64,000 bases of DNA from Mytilus trossulus. Lineage: Eukaryota. The DNA is taken from NCBI RefSeq assembly GCF_036588685.1, contig NC_086386.1:49414001-49478000 (forward strand), written 5' to 3'. Positions 61,875 to 64,000 of the stretch are shown in pieces (the first letter of the stretch is position 1; the number at the start of each line of letters is the position of its first letter). Made by a program: the position numbers and the translations under genes. The notes under the pieces were generated by a model. The model was not told where the DNA came from. It saw nothing but the letters and a program-made list of their open reading frames with translations, and ran no database searches.

Positions 61875-63018
61875 GTAAGAAAATGTTCATTTTATTCATA
61901 TATAGGAATAATTTCTCTCTCACTTTACGTGTCATTCATTTTCAATTCCGGATACAATGCAGTGGCTGCTGAAACAGAAAGTCAGCTGATTAGCATAAAA
62001 ACAATCGATATCCAATCTGTCAATAGGAATTTTCCTTTATTTACCGCATTAAACATGTAATATTTCTTCATTTAAATATTTTTAAGTCGAAATGTATTTA
62101 ATTGCAATTAAATACGATAAAAATTAAATTATCAATTACATATCAGCTGATCCAGGTCCATGCATGTATGTTAACTAGTCGTTTACTTTTTTCGTGAGAT
62201 ATAATTGACCAAAATAAATAAATTGTTATTGAGTTTTGGGAGAATATTTTAAAACGAAATTAATAAGCTGAAAGGAAACAATTTTCCTGGATATTTTAAA
62301 AAGAAGATATCATGGTTTAAATATGGTTGGGTTAATTGTTTTGTTGGGGCTATAATATTGTGAGCAAGTCCTAAAAATTGGTAGGCCCCTATAGATACAT
62401 GTACATGTAGCTATATAAAGCTGACCTTTGTGGCAGCTGTTAGATGACCAAGATAGTTTTTTGTATCATTTACATATACAGTTTTGTGATTTTTTTTCTT
62501 TCTCAAAATGAACAATTGTGCAAATTTCTATTAAAGTTGCAACATAATTTCTTAAAAAATGTATTGCAATATGGATACACATGTGTCTAAATCAAATTAG
62601 CAAATGCACTATTTGAACTGATTATGGATAGTTCAATTGTGTTATTGGAAAAAAAAATTGAACTAGTTATTAAATTTTCTCATACATGTTCATGATGTTA
62701 CTCAAATCCCAAATATCTGATAAACATGGTCATGGTGGTAACAGATAATGTATTTATCTAAAATGTGAATTTTTGCTAAGTTTGCAATTATAATAAAAAA
62801 AATCAAAATATTCCTAGAAAAAATAAGTCTTTGTGTAACGATATGAAAGGTATATTAAATTGGAATTAAAGAAACTGATAAATAAAACTTCGCAAACAAG
62901 TTTGGTTCAAGAAATTGTGAAATATTAAATATATCCCCCAAATTTTATAAATAAGCTTTCAGTCTCCTCATAATTTTGTTTCACATAGGGATTTCATCAA
63001 ATTTTTGAAAGATACAAA

Positions 63019-63243
63019 GGGGGTCTCATTGGGGGGTTCTAATCCCGGATCCCGCTTACTGTTTTGACAGATTCCTGTATCCCGCTTATGCAATGTACTT
63101 AAGCAACTCCTATTTTTTTGTAATTTCCCAAGTCCTGCTAGACTCTATTTCCCGTTTTTATGCCACAATAATTCAACTTTCACGTGTCACGCTTACTATA
63201 AATCAGCAATCCTGCGTCACGCTTAGATCCCAATGAGACCCAC
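63019..63243. mobile_element. Small MITE with apparent 6-bp TSD
   Basis: TIR GGGGGTCTCATTGGG / CCCAATGAGACCCAC, with TACAAA on both flanks. Confidence 0.65.
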
Positions 63244-64000
63244 TACAAATGTATCTATTATGCAAAAATTCCTTATTGGATAAGTTACAAACAAAATGTT
63301 GAGAGTATTTACCAAAAAAAATGGATGTCATTTTTGTTACTCCTCTGACTCCTCTGACTAAGATTAAATGGAGAATAGTTGAGTTCCTCATACTCTAGTC
63401 AGAGATTGCTCTGGTGTCTCCAGGAGTCAGAGCAATCTTTAACTACAGATACTGATCATGTTGGGAACTTAGTCAGTGAGTGTTTTAGGTGTTGGTTACA
63501 AGATACTGATACAAAATGTACATGTATAAAAATAAGCGACTGCTTTCAAAAACACCAACTTCCAAAAAGGAAAAAGAATTCATGATAAAAATAAGGTCAA
63601 ACAAACAAAATTTAAATAAAAAAATCTTCATTTTCCAAATGAGATAAGTTTTGAAATGTTCCTAGATTTATGTCCCTTTGAACACATTTGATTTTTGATA
63701 ATACCTATACAATGTAAATAGATGGAACTTTTTCAGTGAATCACAGGTAAATAAAGACAATAAGTAAACATTATTATAACATATGCAATAAATGTAATAA
63801 AAAAATAAAGGCTAACCACAGTTTTATTTTTAGAAACTTGTTTTCCTTGATCCACAAGCAATTTGACAAATGTATGGTTTTATGTCGATACCTTTTGTAT
63901 TTAAAAAAACAAGTGAAATAATCAACATGAATAAAAGAAGGTAGAAGTTCATGTAATTTTTGTTTTTTCAGGCTTTATTTGTCTTCATTGAAATCTAGGA

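Overview
AT-rich eukaryotic genomic DNA. The repeat content and gene types suggest a bivalve mollusc such as Mytilus (inference). Three host genes can be reconstructed by hand from GT-AG splice sites and reading-frame phase: a 3-exon RD3-domain gene (+, 11615-13550) with a duplicated exon, a cGAS-like receptor (Mab-21 nucleotidyltransferase with a C-terminal TPR-like tail; -, 15092-17776), and a 16-coding-exon Jade/PHF17-family gene (-, 32321-53288). A probable first exon of a fourth gene lies at 61808. One Jade intron holds an intact two-ORF non-LTR retrotransposon flanked by a perfect 95-bp direct repeat, with its ORF1 stop abutting the ORF2 ATG in frame. The rest of the window is a mosaic of non-autonomous elements: a CACTA-ended foldback, a TIR element carrying a 32-bp satellite, Kolobok/Harbinger/hAT-like MITEs, Helentron-like and Crypton-like elements, a SINE, and Penelope relics including three degenerate hammerhead ribozyme motifs. 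A local duplication upstream of the cGLR preserves the empty pre-insertion sites of three elements. Most short ORFs in the track are spurious. All family assignments come from motif recognition by eye, not from database searches.
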